From positions 1 through 64,000 of IMG/VR virus record IMGVR_UViG_3300036820_000011: a stretch of DNA of 64,000 nucleotides; one strand, written 5' to 3'. How positions within the stretch are numbered: position 1 is the first letter of the stretch; each line of letters opens with the position of its first letter. A program made the position numbers and the translations under genes. Source of the DNA: a virus. Shown here piece after piece: positions 7,890 to 16,474 of the stretch. The notes under the pieces were generated by a model. That model was not told where the DNA came from, made no database searches, and worked only from the letters and a program-made list of their open reading frames with translations.

Positions 7890-8785
7890 AAGCACTAGTC
7901 AGCGGTGATCAAGGGTTCTTGGGACGCCATTTCGCCGAGGAGCTGCACCGGCGCGGGTACGACGTGGTCGGCATCGACACCAAGCGCAGCCCGTCCCAGG
8001 ACTGCCGGTCGTGGTTCTCCTCCCCGGCCGGGAAGCGGCACCGGCAGTTCGACCTGGTGGTGCACGCGGCGGCGGTGATCGGCGGCCGGGTGAAGATCGA
8101 CGGTGATCCGCTCGCCACGGCAGCGAACCTGAGCATCGACGCCGAGATGTTCCGCTGGGCCGGGCTGACCAGGCCGGGCCGCGTGATCTACTTCTCCAGC
8201 TCCGCCGTGTACCCGGTTGACTACCAGACCGAGCACGGCGGCAGACTGCTGGCCGAGCATGCCGCCGACCCGGTGGATCACCCGGACGGGGCTGTCCGGT
8301 TCCCGGACCAGGTGTACGGCTGGAGCAAGGTCGTCGGCGAGGTGCTGGCCGACCGGCTCCGCGCCGCCGGAGTGCCGGTCACCGTGGTGCGGCCGTTCTC
8401 CGGCTACGGGGCCGACCAGGACGAGGACTACCCGTTCCCCGCGTTCGTGCGCCGGGCGCGCGAGGGCCAGGACCCGTTCGAGGTCTGGTGCGGGGAGTGC
8501 GTCCGAGATTTCGTCCACGTGGACGACATCGTGGCCCGGACCCTGGCGGTGGCGCAGGACGGCACCACCGCGCCGGTCAACATCTGCACCGGCATGGGGA
8601 CCTCGTTCAACGACCTGGCGGCGCTGGTCTGCCGCCGGGGCGACCGGCTGCGGATCAGGGCGCGGCCCGACATGCCGACCGGCGTCCGCTACCGGGTCGG
8701 CGACCCGGCCCGGCTGCGGCGGCTGACCGGCGACCTGCCGATGATCAGTCTGGAGGAGGGCGTCGCACGGGCGCTGGAGACCTGA
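7883..8785 (+). CDS. NAD-dependent nucleotide-sugar epimerase/dehydratase
   Basis: GDQGFLG Rossmann motif, FSSSAVY, YGWSK (YxxxK), RPFSGYG, RDFVHVDD. Confidence 0.92.
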   Translation: MVKALVSGDQGFLGRHFAEELHRRGYDVVGIDTKRSPSQDCRSWFSSPAGKRHRQFDLVVHAAAVIGGRVKIDGDPLATAANLSIDAEMFRWAGLTRPGRVIYFSSSAVYPVDYQTEHGGRLLAEHAADPVDHPDGAVRFPDQVYGWSKVVGEVLADRLRAAGVPVTVVRPFSGYGADQDEDYPFPAFVRRAREGQDPFEVWCGECVRDFVHVDDIVARTLAVAQDGTTAPVNICTGMGTSFNDLAALVCRRGDRLRIRARPDMPTGVRYRVGDPARLRRLTGDLPMISLEEGVARALET

Positions 8786-8981
8786 TAACGCTTGCGTCAC
8801 GATGCGGAGCCCGTCCGGACGAGAAGATCGTCCCGGCGGGCTTCGATCATGTTACGCCATAAAGAATCTTGAAAAACTTACAAAGCTGCACGTCAGAGCG
8901 TTGCCGGAAGTTTGACAGACCCTTCGGTCTTTGAGATAGTTAAATCAAGCAAGAGAGAACGACAGACCAACAAACGAAGAT
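8784..8981 (+). promoter_or_regulatory. Terminator + strong promoter module, copy 1
   Basis: Hairpin 8806-8844; AT-rich 44-bp core 8861-8904; TTGACA (8912)-N17-GATAGT (8935) with extended TGn. Confidence 0.8.
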
Positions 8982-9390
8982 CTCAGCCCGGTTGGAAGAA
9001 CCGTCGATCAGAAGTCTTGATCCTCCAGATTGTCACCGGCACTACATCCGGACATGGCGTCTGCGACGACCCCGCGAGGGAGAGCAGATGGGCACAGGGG
9101 ATGAGTATTCAAATCAAGACTTCACCGAGCGAAGCGGCTGGTATGTCCCACCGGCGCTCGAAGACGTTGCACCACCGCACAGAGCCGAACGCCTCCCCGG
9201 TCGAACCGGATTGCAGGCACGGTGACAGCACAGAGCCCCGCGTCACGATCACGGTGTACGCAGCGAAGCAACGCGGGGCACGGGACGCGCGCACCAGATG
9301 ACCGGATCAAGGGGTAGCAGTGGCTGTGATCCGTCGGTCCCCCGGCATGGTGCGCGCGTCCTCCTGCACGACCACTGACGAGAGGAACCG
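8947..9390 (+). ncRNA. Putative long structured leader RNA
   Basis: About 450 nt without a credible CDS; 11-bp helix GAAGTCTTGAT (9011)/ATCAAGACTTC (9113) encloses nested hairpins, including CCC-GCGA-GGG. Confidence 0.5.
9235..9282 (+). repeat. Repeated structured motif A, copy 1
   Basis: GCCCCGCG..hairpin..GTACGCAGCGAAGCAA-CGCGGGGC-ACG; copies at 12027 and 13367. Confidence 0.8.
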
Positions 9391-9393
9391 ACC

Positions 9394-9594
9394 ATGTCGA
9401 ACTTCCAGTACCAGCCCAGCACGATCAGCCAGCACGCTGCGTACATCGGGCGGGAGCTGGCCGCAGGGCGCTTCGTCCAGACGACTTTCGACCCGGCCGA
9501 CGGAACGATCACCGGGATCGTCGGCGTCGAGCCGCGCAGCGCCTTCGCCGACCAGGTGACCGCAGCGGCCGAGCGCCGGGCCAGTACCCGATGA
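9394..9594 (+). CDS. Hypothetical early protein
   Basis: RBS GAGAGGA and start-associated motif. Confidence 0.7.
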   Translation: MSNFQYQPSTISQHAAYIGRELAAGRFVQTTFDPADGTITGIVGVEPRSAFADQVTAAAERRASTR

Positions 9595-9797
9595 GCAGCG
9601 GCGTCGCCTGTCCTGACAAGGACCACCGGCCTTCGTGGCGGGTGGTCCAGTACCACTGCAACCAATCGGTCTTCAACGGCGGTCGTATCACCCGGTCGCC
9701 GTACTCGCTCCTGCGCTGCGGCACCTGCGACGCGGCCTGGCGCACGAAGGCCGCGTACGTGGAAGAGATCGTCAACCGAAAGGGAATCTGGTCATGA
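9591..9797 (+). CDS. Small Zn-ribbon-like protein
   Basis: C..H, CGTC; ATGA overlap. Confidence 0.65.
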   Translation: MSSGVACPDKDHRPSWRVVQYHCNQSVFNGGRITRSPYSLLRCGTCDAAWRTKAAYVEEIVNRKGIWS

Positions 9798-9988
9798 CCA
9801 TGAGCCGCAAGTACTACCGCGAGGCAGCCGAGAACCTGAACCGGCAGCTGCGCAACTCCACACCGGTCACGATCGACGCCAAGGCACAGACCATCAGGGA
9901 GACGGCAGACGACCTCGCGGGCATGTTCGCCCGGGACAACAGCGCCTTCTCCCGCAGCCAGTTCATGGACGCGGTGTACAACAAGTGA
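9794..9988 (+). CDS. Conserved small phage protein
   Basis: MSRKYY...FARDNSAFSRSQF pattern; ATGA overlap. Confidence 0.65.
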   Translation: MTMSRKYYREAAENLNRQLRNSTPVTIDAKAQTIRETADDLAGMFARDNSAFSRSQFMDAVYNK

Positions 9989-10098
9989 TCCACCCGCCTC
10001 CGAACACGCCGCGAGGGTGCCCGATCGAACCGGGCCGGAGGCACGCAGCCCGCTCCCGTCCGGGAGGCGGGTCCGCCGCACGACCGAGAGGGTACGCC

Positions 10099-11355
10099 AT
10101 GGCCATCGACGTCAACGACCGCTTCGCCGCGAACAAGATCGCTCAGCTGGACAGCGACCGCAACGCCGGAATCCGCGCCGCCGCCTCCGCCGCCGAGCGG
10201 ATCGAGCGCCTGGACGCGATGGTCGCCGAGGGCAGGGCCCGGGTGAGCGGCGACACCTACACCGTCACCGAGGGCTGGGACGCGGGCGAGACGTTCACCG
10301 TCGACCGCAACGCGACCACAGGTGAGCTGATCGAGGTCACCGCGAACACGGGCCTGGACCTGCGGGCCGACGGCAGCACCGCGCTCTACCTCGCGGGCAG
10401 GCCCGCGTGGCACTCGCTCGGCCAGCTGATCCCCGAGGGCACCGCCGACATCGAAGAGGCGTTGCGCCTGTCGGGCAACGACTTCGACGTGGCCAAGGTC
10501 CCCAGTTCGTTCGAGTTCGAGGGCAGTGTCCTCCAGCAGCCCGGCCGCTTCACCACGGTCCGCGTGCAGCCGGGCCACCCGCTGCACGGGTCGCCGCTGG
10601 GGTCCGTGGGCGCGGGCTACACCCCGAGCCAGAACCGCGACGCCTTCGGGTTCCTGCAGGAACTGATCGGCGACATGTCCGCTGTCTTCGAGTCCGCCGG
10701 GTCGATGCGCAACGGCGCGAGCGTGTTCGTCTCGCTCCGGCTGCCGCAGACCGTCACGATCGACCCCGAGGGGATCAACGACGAGATCGTGCCCTTCGTG
10801 ATGGTCCGCAACACCCACGACGGCACCGGGTCCTTCCAGGCGATGACCACCCCGTGGCGTCCTGTCTGCAGGAACACCGAGGGCTTCGCCGTGCGCGACG
10901 CCCAGCGGATCTGGAAGATCCGCCACACCGCCGGGATCACCGACCGCGTGAAGGAGGCCCGCCGGGCGCTCGGCATGTCGGTGACCTACTTCGAGGCGTT
11001 CGCAGCCGAGGAGACCGCACTGGCGCAGACGGACATCGACCTGGACGGCTTCCGAGCCCTGCTCGACACCCTGTGGGAGCCCGAGACGGACGAGACGAAG
11101 AAGGCGTCGCTGACGATCGCCGCGAAGCGGACCGAGACGCTGATGGGCATGTTCGGGACCGAGGCCGGAAACCTGGGCCGCACCGCGTACGCGGCCGAGC
11201 GGGCCGTGACCGGCTACCTGGACCACGTCGCGCCCCGCCGTCCCGGCAGGACCATGACGGAGGAGATCGCCCGCGCCTCCGCCCTGCTGCTCGACACCGA
11301 CGGCGAGACCAAGAGCAAGGCGCACCGTCAGTTGATGACGCTGACCAACCGGTAG
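10099..11355 (+). CDS. DUF932 domain protein
   Basis: PAWHSLG, YTPSQN.DAF.FL, FESAGSM.NG..VF, NTHDGTGS, RPVCRNT, IRHT. Confidence 0.88.
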   Translation: MAIDVNDRFAANKIAQLDSDRNAGIRAAASAAERIERLDAMVAEGRARVSGDTYTVTEGWDAGETFTVDRNATTGELIEVTANTGLDLRADGSTALYLAGRPAWHSLGQLIPEGTADIEEALRLSGNDFDVAKVPSSFEFEGSVLQQPGRFTTVRVQPGHPLHGSPLGSVGAGYTPSQNRDAFGFLQELIGDMSAVFESAGSMRNGASVFVSLRLPQTVTIDPEGINDEIVPFVMVRNTHDGTGSFQAMTTPWRPVCRNTEGFAVRDAQRIWKIRHTAGITDRVKEARRALGMSVTYFEAFAAEETALAQTDIDLDGFRALLDTLWEPETDETKKASLTIAAKRTETLMGMFGTEAGNLGRTAYAAERAVTGYLDHVAPRRPGRTMTEEIARASALLLDTDGETKSKAHRQLMTLTNR

Positions 11356-11440
11356 CCGTCTGAGTGCACATGATCGGGTGCGGCCCTGCGGGGCCGTCCC
11401 CGTTCACGGGTGCTCAGCCCGACCACTGACCGAGGAGGGA

Positions 11441-11626
11441 ATGACCGTGTCCGAGATCACGATCACCAACCGGAACACCAAGGAAGAGATCACGCTGCAC
11501 GGCCTGAGCCGGTACGAGGTGCAGGTGCTCGCCGACCTCGTGACCCCGGTCAACGCCGACTGGAAGTACTTCTCAGACGGCGCTGTGCCGCCGACCAACA
11601 AGGCCGTCCGGACACGCGGCAACTGA
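11441..11626 (+). CDS. Hypothetical protein
   Basis: RBS GAGGAGG. Confidence 0.6.
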   Translation: MTVSEITITNRNTKEEITLHGLSRYEVQVLADLVTPVNADWKYFSDGAVPPTNKAVRTRGN

Positions 11627-11686
11627 CCCGCTGTCAGTGTCCTCTGACACCGTGGGACCGACGATCACTCGACCAAGGAGCAGACC

Positions 11687-12019
11687 ATGATCATCACTAG
11701 CTACGGCAGTTGGAACAACTACACCCACTACAACACGTGCCCGGGTGCGGACATCCTCGACGTCATCAACGGCGGCGACTCCGAGTGGCAGCAGCGCATG
11801 GAGGACACCGGCGCGCTGAACGCGATCGAGACCGAGTGGTGCGCCGCCATCCAGGCCGCTCTGCCCGAGGGTGTCACGCTGACCGGGGACGAGTTCATCG
11901 GACCGCACCACGCCGACCCGGCCTACAGCGACGAGATCGCCGAGTTCGATATCAGGGCCGCCATCGAGGACATCGACCTTCAGGCGATCATCGAGCGCCA
12001 CGACGTCGACAACACCTAA
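11687..12019 (+). CDS. Highly acidic hypothetical protein
   Basis: RBS AAGGAG; D/E-rich, no Lys. Confidence 0.75.
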   Translation: MIITSYGSWNNYTHYNTCPGADILDVINGGDSEWQQRMEDTGALNAIETEWCAAIQAALPEGVTLTGDEFIGPHHADPAYSDEIAEFDIRAAIEDIDLQAIIERHDVDNT

Positions 12020-12026
12020 TCGGTCA

Positions 12027-12075
12027 GCCCCTCGCCGTGCACCCCGGCGTACGCAGCGAAGCAGCGCGGGGCACG
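12027..12075 (+). repeat. Repeated structured motif A, copy 2
   Basis: GCCCCTCG-CCG.TGCACCC.CGG-CGTACGCAGCGAAGCAG-CGCGGGGC-ACG. Confidence 0.8.
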
Positions 12076-12107
12076 TACCGACCGACCACTGATCGAGAGG
12101 AACCGCC

Positions 12108-12404
12108 ATGGCCAGTATCCAGCAGCTCACCGCAGCGGCAGCGAAGGCGGGGTTCGTGCGCACCGAGTGCGCCCACCTCGACTCCCCGCACCACCTGGTG
12201 TTCGACTACCCGGAGCCGCTCAGCGAGGACCGTATGCGTCCGCCGTTCTTCCGGGTGCACACCGACACCGCCCGGGTGCCGCACGCGACCTACATCCACG
12301 GGGGCGGCTCCGACGATGACGTGCCCGTCGAGCAGCGCACCACGCTGGTGCACGCGATCACGTGGATGGCGGAGATCGCCAGGCAGTACCCGAAGGAGGG
12401 CTGA
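12108..12404 (+). CDS. Hypothetical protein
   Basis: Start-associated motif and RBS. Confidence 0.7.
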   Translation: MASIQQLTAAAAKAGFVRTECAHLDSPHHLVFDYPEPLSEDRMRPPFFRVHTDTARVPHATYIHGGGSDDDVPVEQRTTLVHAITWMAEIARQYPKEG

Positions 12405-12405
12405 G

Positions 12406-12630
12406 ATGCCCTACTGCGCGGACGACATCGTGATCGCCACGGTGCCCGGGGCGGGCATCCGCCGCGTATGGCTGTGGAAGCCCGCCCGGGGCGGCTGGCT
12501 GGTCAAGGATGTCAACGGCACCCCGTACTGGGTGGACACCGGCGGGATCGAGAGCGTGGCCGCCTACCGGCTGCGCACGGGGTCCGGGCTGCTGCCCGGC
12601 GAGAGGAGCACGCATGCAGACGATCACTGA
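12406..12630 (+). CDS. Hypothetical protein
   Basis: RBS GGAGG; high-GC3 ORF. Confidence 0.55.
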   Translation: MPYCADDIVIATVPGAGIRRVWLWKPARGGWLVKDVNGTPYWVDTGGIESVAAYRLRTGSGLLPGERSTHADDH

Positions 12631-13066
12631 CCAGCTGGTCGCCTCCGGGGCGAAGGGCCTGACCCTGCACTCCCCCTGGGGTGACCTGATCGCACTCAAG
12701 GCCAAGCAGGTCGAGAACCGCAGCTGGCCGACCGACTACCGGGGGCTCGTGCTGATCCACTCCGGACTGCGGCACGACGGCTGGGCCGAGCGGGACGAGC
12801 ACGTCCGCACAGCTCTGCCCGAGGACTACGACCCGGCCGGGAACGCGGGCACGGTCGTCGCGGTGGCCCGGCTCGCCGACTGCCACCGCGACGCCGGGTG
12901 CTGCCGCCCGTGGGGCGAGGCCGGTCTGTGGCACTGGGTGTTCGCCGACGTGCACCGGCTCACCACCCCGATCCCGCAGCGCGGGGCGCAGGGGCTCTGG
13001 AGCGTGCCCGTCTCGCTGCTGCTCGGCGTCGTCACCGGGGTCGAGCGGGCCGCCAGCGGTCGATAA
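12614..13066 (+). CDS. ASCH domain protein
   Basis: GLTLHSPW..LI...K.VENRSWPT.YRG.VLIHSG ... RGAQGLW. Confidence 0.88.
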   Translation: MQTITDQLVASGAKGLTLHSPWGDLIALKAKQVENRSWPTDYRGLVLIHSGLRHDGWAERDEHVRTALPEDYDPAGNAGTVVAVARLADCHRDAGCCRPWGEAGLWHWVFADVHRLTTPIPQRGAQGLWSVPVSLLLGVVTGVERAASGR

Positions 13067-13260
13067 CGCTTCCGTCACAGTCGGGGACCGCCGGAGCGGA
13101 TGTGATCACTCCGGCGGTCTTCGATCTTCTGATCGCCGAAAGAATCTTGAAAAACTTACAAATCTGCACGTCAGAGCGTTGCAGCAAAGTTGACGAGGTC
13201 TCGGTTCTTTGAGATTATTAAATCAGAGCGAAGAACACAGACCAACAACTGAACAAGATC
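13062..13260 (+). promoter_or_regulatory. Terminator + strong promoter module, copy 2
   Basis: Hairpin 13084-13122; core 13139-13182 matches copy 1 at 43/44; TTGACG (13190)-N17-GATTAT (13213). Confidence 0.8.
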
Positions 13261-13445
13261 GCCGGTGATAGGGAACCGGACATCCCAGAGATAAGGCCCC
13301 CGGAAAGGCTAAGGCTGGGAGGGACGGGAGAGTCGGCGAACCCGATAGGCGTCCATGAGTGAACAAGCCCCGCATACGTGATCACGACGTACGCAGCGAA
13401 CGCAACGCGGGGCACGTAATGATCGACACCACTCGCACGGACGAA
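13225..13445 (+). ncRNA. Putative structured leader RNA 2, including motif A copy 3 (13367-13416)
   Basis: Consecutive hairpins CCGGT/ACCGG, TCCCAG/CTGGGA, GGACG/CGTCC; shares CCGG..CCGGACAT and ATGAGTnnnCAA with leader 1. Confidence 0.5.
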
Positions 13446-13456
13446 GGAGTCTTCTG

Positions 13457-13717
13457 ATGACCAAGAACTTTGAACTTGTCACCATAAGTGAGACCCAGGC
13501 CCGTGTTCTCCGGAGTGCCAGTTGGTACAGCTACGTATGGTTCGCCTACAACGTCCGCAGCAGCTCGTACATGACTTTCCACAAGTTGTATGCGCTGGGA
13601 CTTATCGAGAGCCCTTTCGCAGGTTCCGCCTTGACGGCCAAGGGAGCGGCGCTCCGTGATCACCTGGTCAAATTCCCGGCCGCCGGAGGATCGGTCATCC
13701 TCAACTGGGAGGACTGA
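13457..13717 (+). CDS. Hypothetical protein (lower GC, possible winged-helix)
   Basis: RBS AAGGAG; KLYALGLIE...LTAKG pattern. Confidence 0.6.
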   Translation: MTKNFELVTISETQARVLRSASWYSYVWFAYNVRSSSYMTFHKLYALGLIESPFAGSALTAKGAALRDHLVKFPAAGGSVILNWED

Positions 13718-13807
13718 CTAGCACTGACCCACCAGCCCGGCCGGAGTTCACCGCTCCGACCGGGCACTGTGACCGCAACGCACGACCACCCGAGTGAGGA
13801 ATACACC

Positions 13808-14059
13808 ATGTCGAACGTCACCGCATCCCAGGCCCGCCTGCTCACCGCCCTCGCATCGTCCACCGCCACCGACCCGATTCTTGTTCAGTGCTCCTCCCTC
13901 CGCAGTGCTACACGCATCTACGGGACCAAGGCGACGATGACGACTGCCGTGTCCCTCTGCAACCGGGGCCTGGTCCACTGGGACCACTCGACCAACCTGT
14001 TCAACGGCCAGCGCCTGACGCTGACCGACGCCGGGCGCAAGGTCGCTGAGAACCTCTGA
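13808..14059 (+). CDS. Hypothetical winged-helix-like protein
   Basis: TASQARLL...SLCNRGLV...LTDAGRK. Confidence 0.65.
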   Translation: MSNVTASQARLLTALASSTATDPILVQCSSLRSATRIYGTKATMTTAVSLCNRGLVHWDHSTNLFNGQRLTLTDAGRKVAENL

Positions 14060-14091
14060 TCCGCACGACCGCCGCCCGAGCGAGGAGCACG

Positions 14092-14439
14092 ATGACCACC
14101 GACCGGAAGACCGCGCACTGCCTCCGCTGCCGTGGACTGCTGACCGACCCCGCGTCGGTCGCCCGGGGCACCGGCCGCACCTGCGCCCGCATCATCCGTC
14201 AGCAGGAGACCGCGCTGCGCATCGCTGCCGCCTTCACGACCGGGCAGTGTGCAAGCGCCCGGGAACTGATCGAGGACAGCGCGATCGTGCACATGCGGGC
14301 CGACCTCTTCCAGAGCGTCTCCTCCGACGGCACCTCGTTCTACCTGACCGCCGCCCGGGGCAACTGCAACTGCCCGGCCGGACTCAAGTCCCACCTCTGC
14401 TACCACCTGCTGAGCGCCCGCCTGCTGCTCGCCGCTTAG
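14092..14439 (+). CDS. DUF6011-like zinc finger + SWIM zinc finger protein
   Basis: CLRCRGLLTDP.S..RG.G..C and CNCPAG....CYH. Confidence 0.8.
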   Translation: MTTDRKTAHCLRCRGLLTDPASVARGTGRTCARIIRQQETALRIAAAFTTGQCASARELIEDSAIVHMRADLFQSVSSDGTSFYLTAARGNCNCPAGLKSHLCYHLLSARLLLAA

Positions 14440-14447
14440 GAGTACCG

Positions 14448-14627
14448 ATGATGCCGATCCGCACCGGGCAGGTAGAGGCCGAACGCGCCCACCTGCTGGA
14501 CATGCGCCTGCGCTGGCAGGCCGACGAGCACGACCAGGCCGGGCAGAAGTGCCTGGCACTGTCCTTGCGTGACCGGGCGGACGCCGCCTGGGGACGCTAC
14601 CTGAAGATCGGGAGGTATCCGGCATGA
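14448..14627 (+). CDS. Hypothetical protein
   Basis: RBS AGGAG. Confidence 0.55.
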   Translation: MMPIRTGQVEAERAHLLDMRLRWQADEHDQAGQKCLALSLRDRADAAWGRYLKIGRYPA

Positions 14628-14812
14628 ACTATCTGCCCATCGCCTGTGACGAATGCGGGAAGCCGCTCCGGGCCGATCTCGACACTCGCGTCCAGTGCTC
14701 CGAAGGACACTCGGTTCGGATTGAGGATCTGCGTGCGGAGTACACCGCATTGATCAGGAACGGTGAGTGGGTGACCACCTCTTATTCTCTCGATCCCGCC
14801 CTGTACGACTGA
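14624..14812 (+). CDS. Small Zn-ribbon protein
   Basis: CDECG...C..GH; ATGA overlap. Confidence 0.55.
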   Translation: MNYLPIACDECGKPLRADLDTRVQCSEGHSVRIEDLRAEYTALIRNGEWVTTSYSLDPALYD

Positions 14813-14831
14813 CACTCGAAAGGAATTGATC

Positions 14832-15029
14832 ATGAACAAGCTGGAGAACGAGGCCACGATGATCGGCAAGTCCCGTGGCTGGGACCACGCCAACTACACC
14901 GCCGCCTACGGGGGCGACCCGCACGCCGCGCCCGAGGTGCCCGCACGATACGCCCCGGTGCGGACCTACTTCACCGCCGCCTATGCGGAAGGTGTCCAGC
15001 AGTTCCTGGACGACGACCACGACGACTGA
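14832..15029 (+). CDS. Hypothetical protein
   Basis: RBS AAAGGA. Confidence 0.6.
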   Translation: MNKLENEATMIGKSRGWDHANYTAAYGGDPHAAPEVPARYAPVRTYFTAAYAEGVQQFLDDDHDD

Positions 15030-15163
15030 TCCACCGCACAGCCGGACCGGCCCCGACGCGTGGCGAAGGGGCACCTGGAGAGACGGCATCACACGGCACG
15101 CCGTCGAGCGGGGTCCGAATCCTCGCCGGTTCACGCACGACCACCGACCCGAAGGAGCAGCCA

Positions 15164-15418
15164 ATGATCACCAAAGCACAGGCGGAGACCGTCGACATGT
15201 TCCACCAGGGCACCTGCTCGGTCACCAAGGGACCCCGGGGCGGCACCACGGCCAACGTCGTCCGTTGGCGTCGCAACGGGTCGACCCAGGCATGGAAGAC
15301 CCGTCCGAAGGACTTCCGCATCCCCGTCAAGTACGGCATGCGCAGCTACGGCGATATCAACCAGAACAACGCCGTCGACTTCCACACCGAGGCCGACTGC
15401 CCGGCCCACCTGATCTGA
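15164..15418 (+). CDS. Conserved hypothetical phage protein
   Basis: WRRNG....WKTRP..FRIPVKYG pattern; RBS AAGGAG. Confidence 0.7.
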   Translation: MITKAQAETVDMFHQGTCSVTKGPRGGTTANVVRWRRNGSTQAWKTRPKDFRIPVKYGMRSYGDINQNNAVDFHTEADCPAHLI

Positions 15419-15441
15419 TCACCGACTAGAAGGAGAGCCCA

Positions 15442-16374
15442 GTGACCAACTCGGTCTGCAGTACCAGGCACGTCGTCATGTGGTCCGGCGGTATCACGTC
15501 TTGGGCCACCGCCCGCATCGTGATCGACCGACACGGCCGCGAGAACACCACGCTGCTGTTCGCTGACACCAACTATGAGGACCCGGACCTGCACCGCTGG
15601 AACGCGGATGCGGTGGTCAGCCTCGGCATGGATCTGGTGCGTGTCGCTGACGCGCAGGAGCGCAATCCGTGGGACGTGTTCCGCGACAAGAAGTACATCG
15701 GTAACACCCGCATCGCTCCCTGTTCGCACCTGCTCAAGCAGGTTCCGTGCCGCGAGTGGCTAGCCGAGAACTGCGACCCGGCAAACACCATCGTCTACGT
15801 CGGTATCGACTGGGATGAGACGCACCGGATTCCGGCGATCGCTGCAGGCTACGCGCACACCATTAAGGGCTGCGCGAGCCGCAAGCACTGTCTAGATCTC
15901 TTCGGTCCCGGGGGTCGCAGGCAGGGTCCGGGTTGCCGGAACTTGCTGCCGCTCGCCTGGACTTCGGTCGCGCCGCTGACGGAGCCGCCGTTTCAGGACA
16001 AGGACTTCTGGATTGCGGAGGCCGAGCGCGCTGGCCTCCGTCCCCCGCGTCTGTACGGCCTCGGGTTTCCGCACAACAACTGCGGCGGGGCATGCATCAA
16101 GGCAGGTCAGGCCCAGTGGAAGCGCGTCCTCGAAGTGTTCCCTGAGCGGTACGCCGATGCCGAGGCATCCGAAGAGGCGATGCGCGCGGACCTTGGCAAG
16201 GACGTGGCATTTCTGCGGGACCGACGCGGCGGGGAGACGAAGCCGTTGCCACTGAAGCTGCTCCGTACCCGGCTTGAGGCCGATGCGGAGGCCATGCCGG
16301 GCCTGTTCGACGCTGATGACTGGGGTGGCTGCGGCTGCTTCACCGAGACCGATGAGATGCCCGAAATAACATGA
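15442..16374 (+). CDS. PAPS-reductase-like / PP-loop (adenine nucleotide alpha hydrolase) protein
   Basis: MWSGGITS PP-loop, FADT..ED.D, CSHLLK, GFPHNNCGGACIKAG, C-terminal GGCGCF. Confidence 0.8.
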   Translation: MTNSVCSTRHVVMWSGGITSWATARIVIDRHGRENTTLLFADTNYEDPDLHRWNADAVVSLGMDLVRVADAQERNPWDVFRDKKYIGNTRIAPCSHLLKQVPCREWLAENCDPANTIVYVGIDWDETHRIPAIAAGYAHTIKGCASRKHCLDLFGPGGRRQGPGCRNLLPLAWTSVAPLTEPPFQDKDFWIAEAERAGLRPPRLYGLGFPHNNCGGACIKAGQAQWKRVLEVFPERYADAEASEEAMRADLGKDVAFLRDRRGGETKPLPLKLLRTRLEADAEAMPGLFDADDWGGCGCFTETDEMPEIT

Positions 16375-16474
16375 CCAGTGATCACCGACAGCACGACCCC
16401 GACCACCAGGGAGAGCACCATGAAGACGATCAACCTGACCGTGAACCAGAAGTTCCGGAGGAGGGAGAGCAGCC

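Noticed and set aside
8912-9301. 129-aa and 77-aa ORFs in leader 1
   Set aside because: The longer one starts inside the -35 box; both lack an RBS and high-GC3 codon bias, and the region is better explained as structured RNA.
9235-13416. CRISPR array from the GCCCCGCG...CGCGGGG repeats
   Set aside because: The copies are kilobases apart, with no regular spacers and no cas genes.
8947-13445. tRNA, hammerhead or HDV-like ribozyme in the leaders
   Set aside because: No cloverleaf with a TTCGA T-loop, no CTGAnGA/GAAA core and no nested HDV pseudoknot could be identified by eye.
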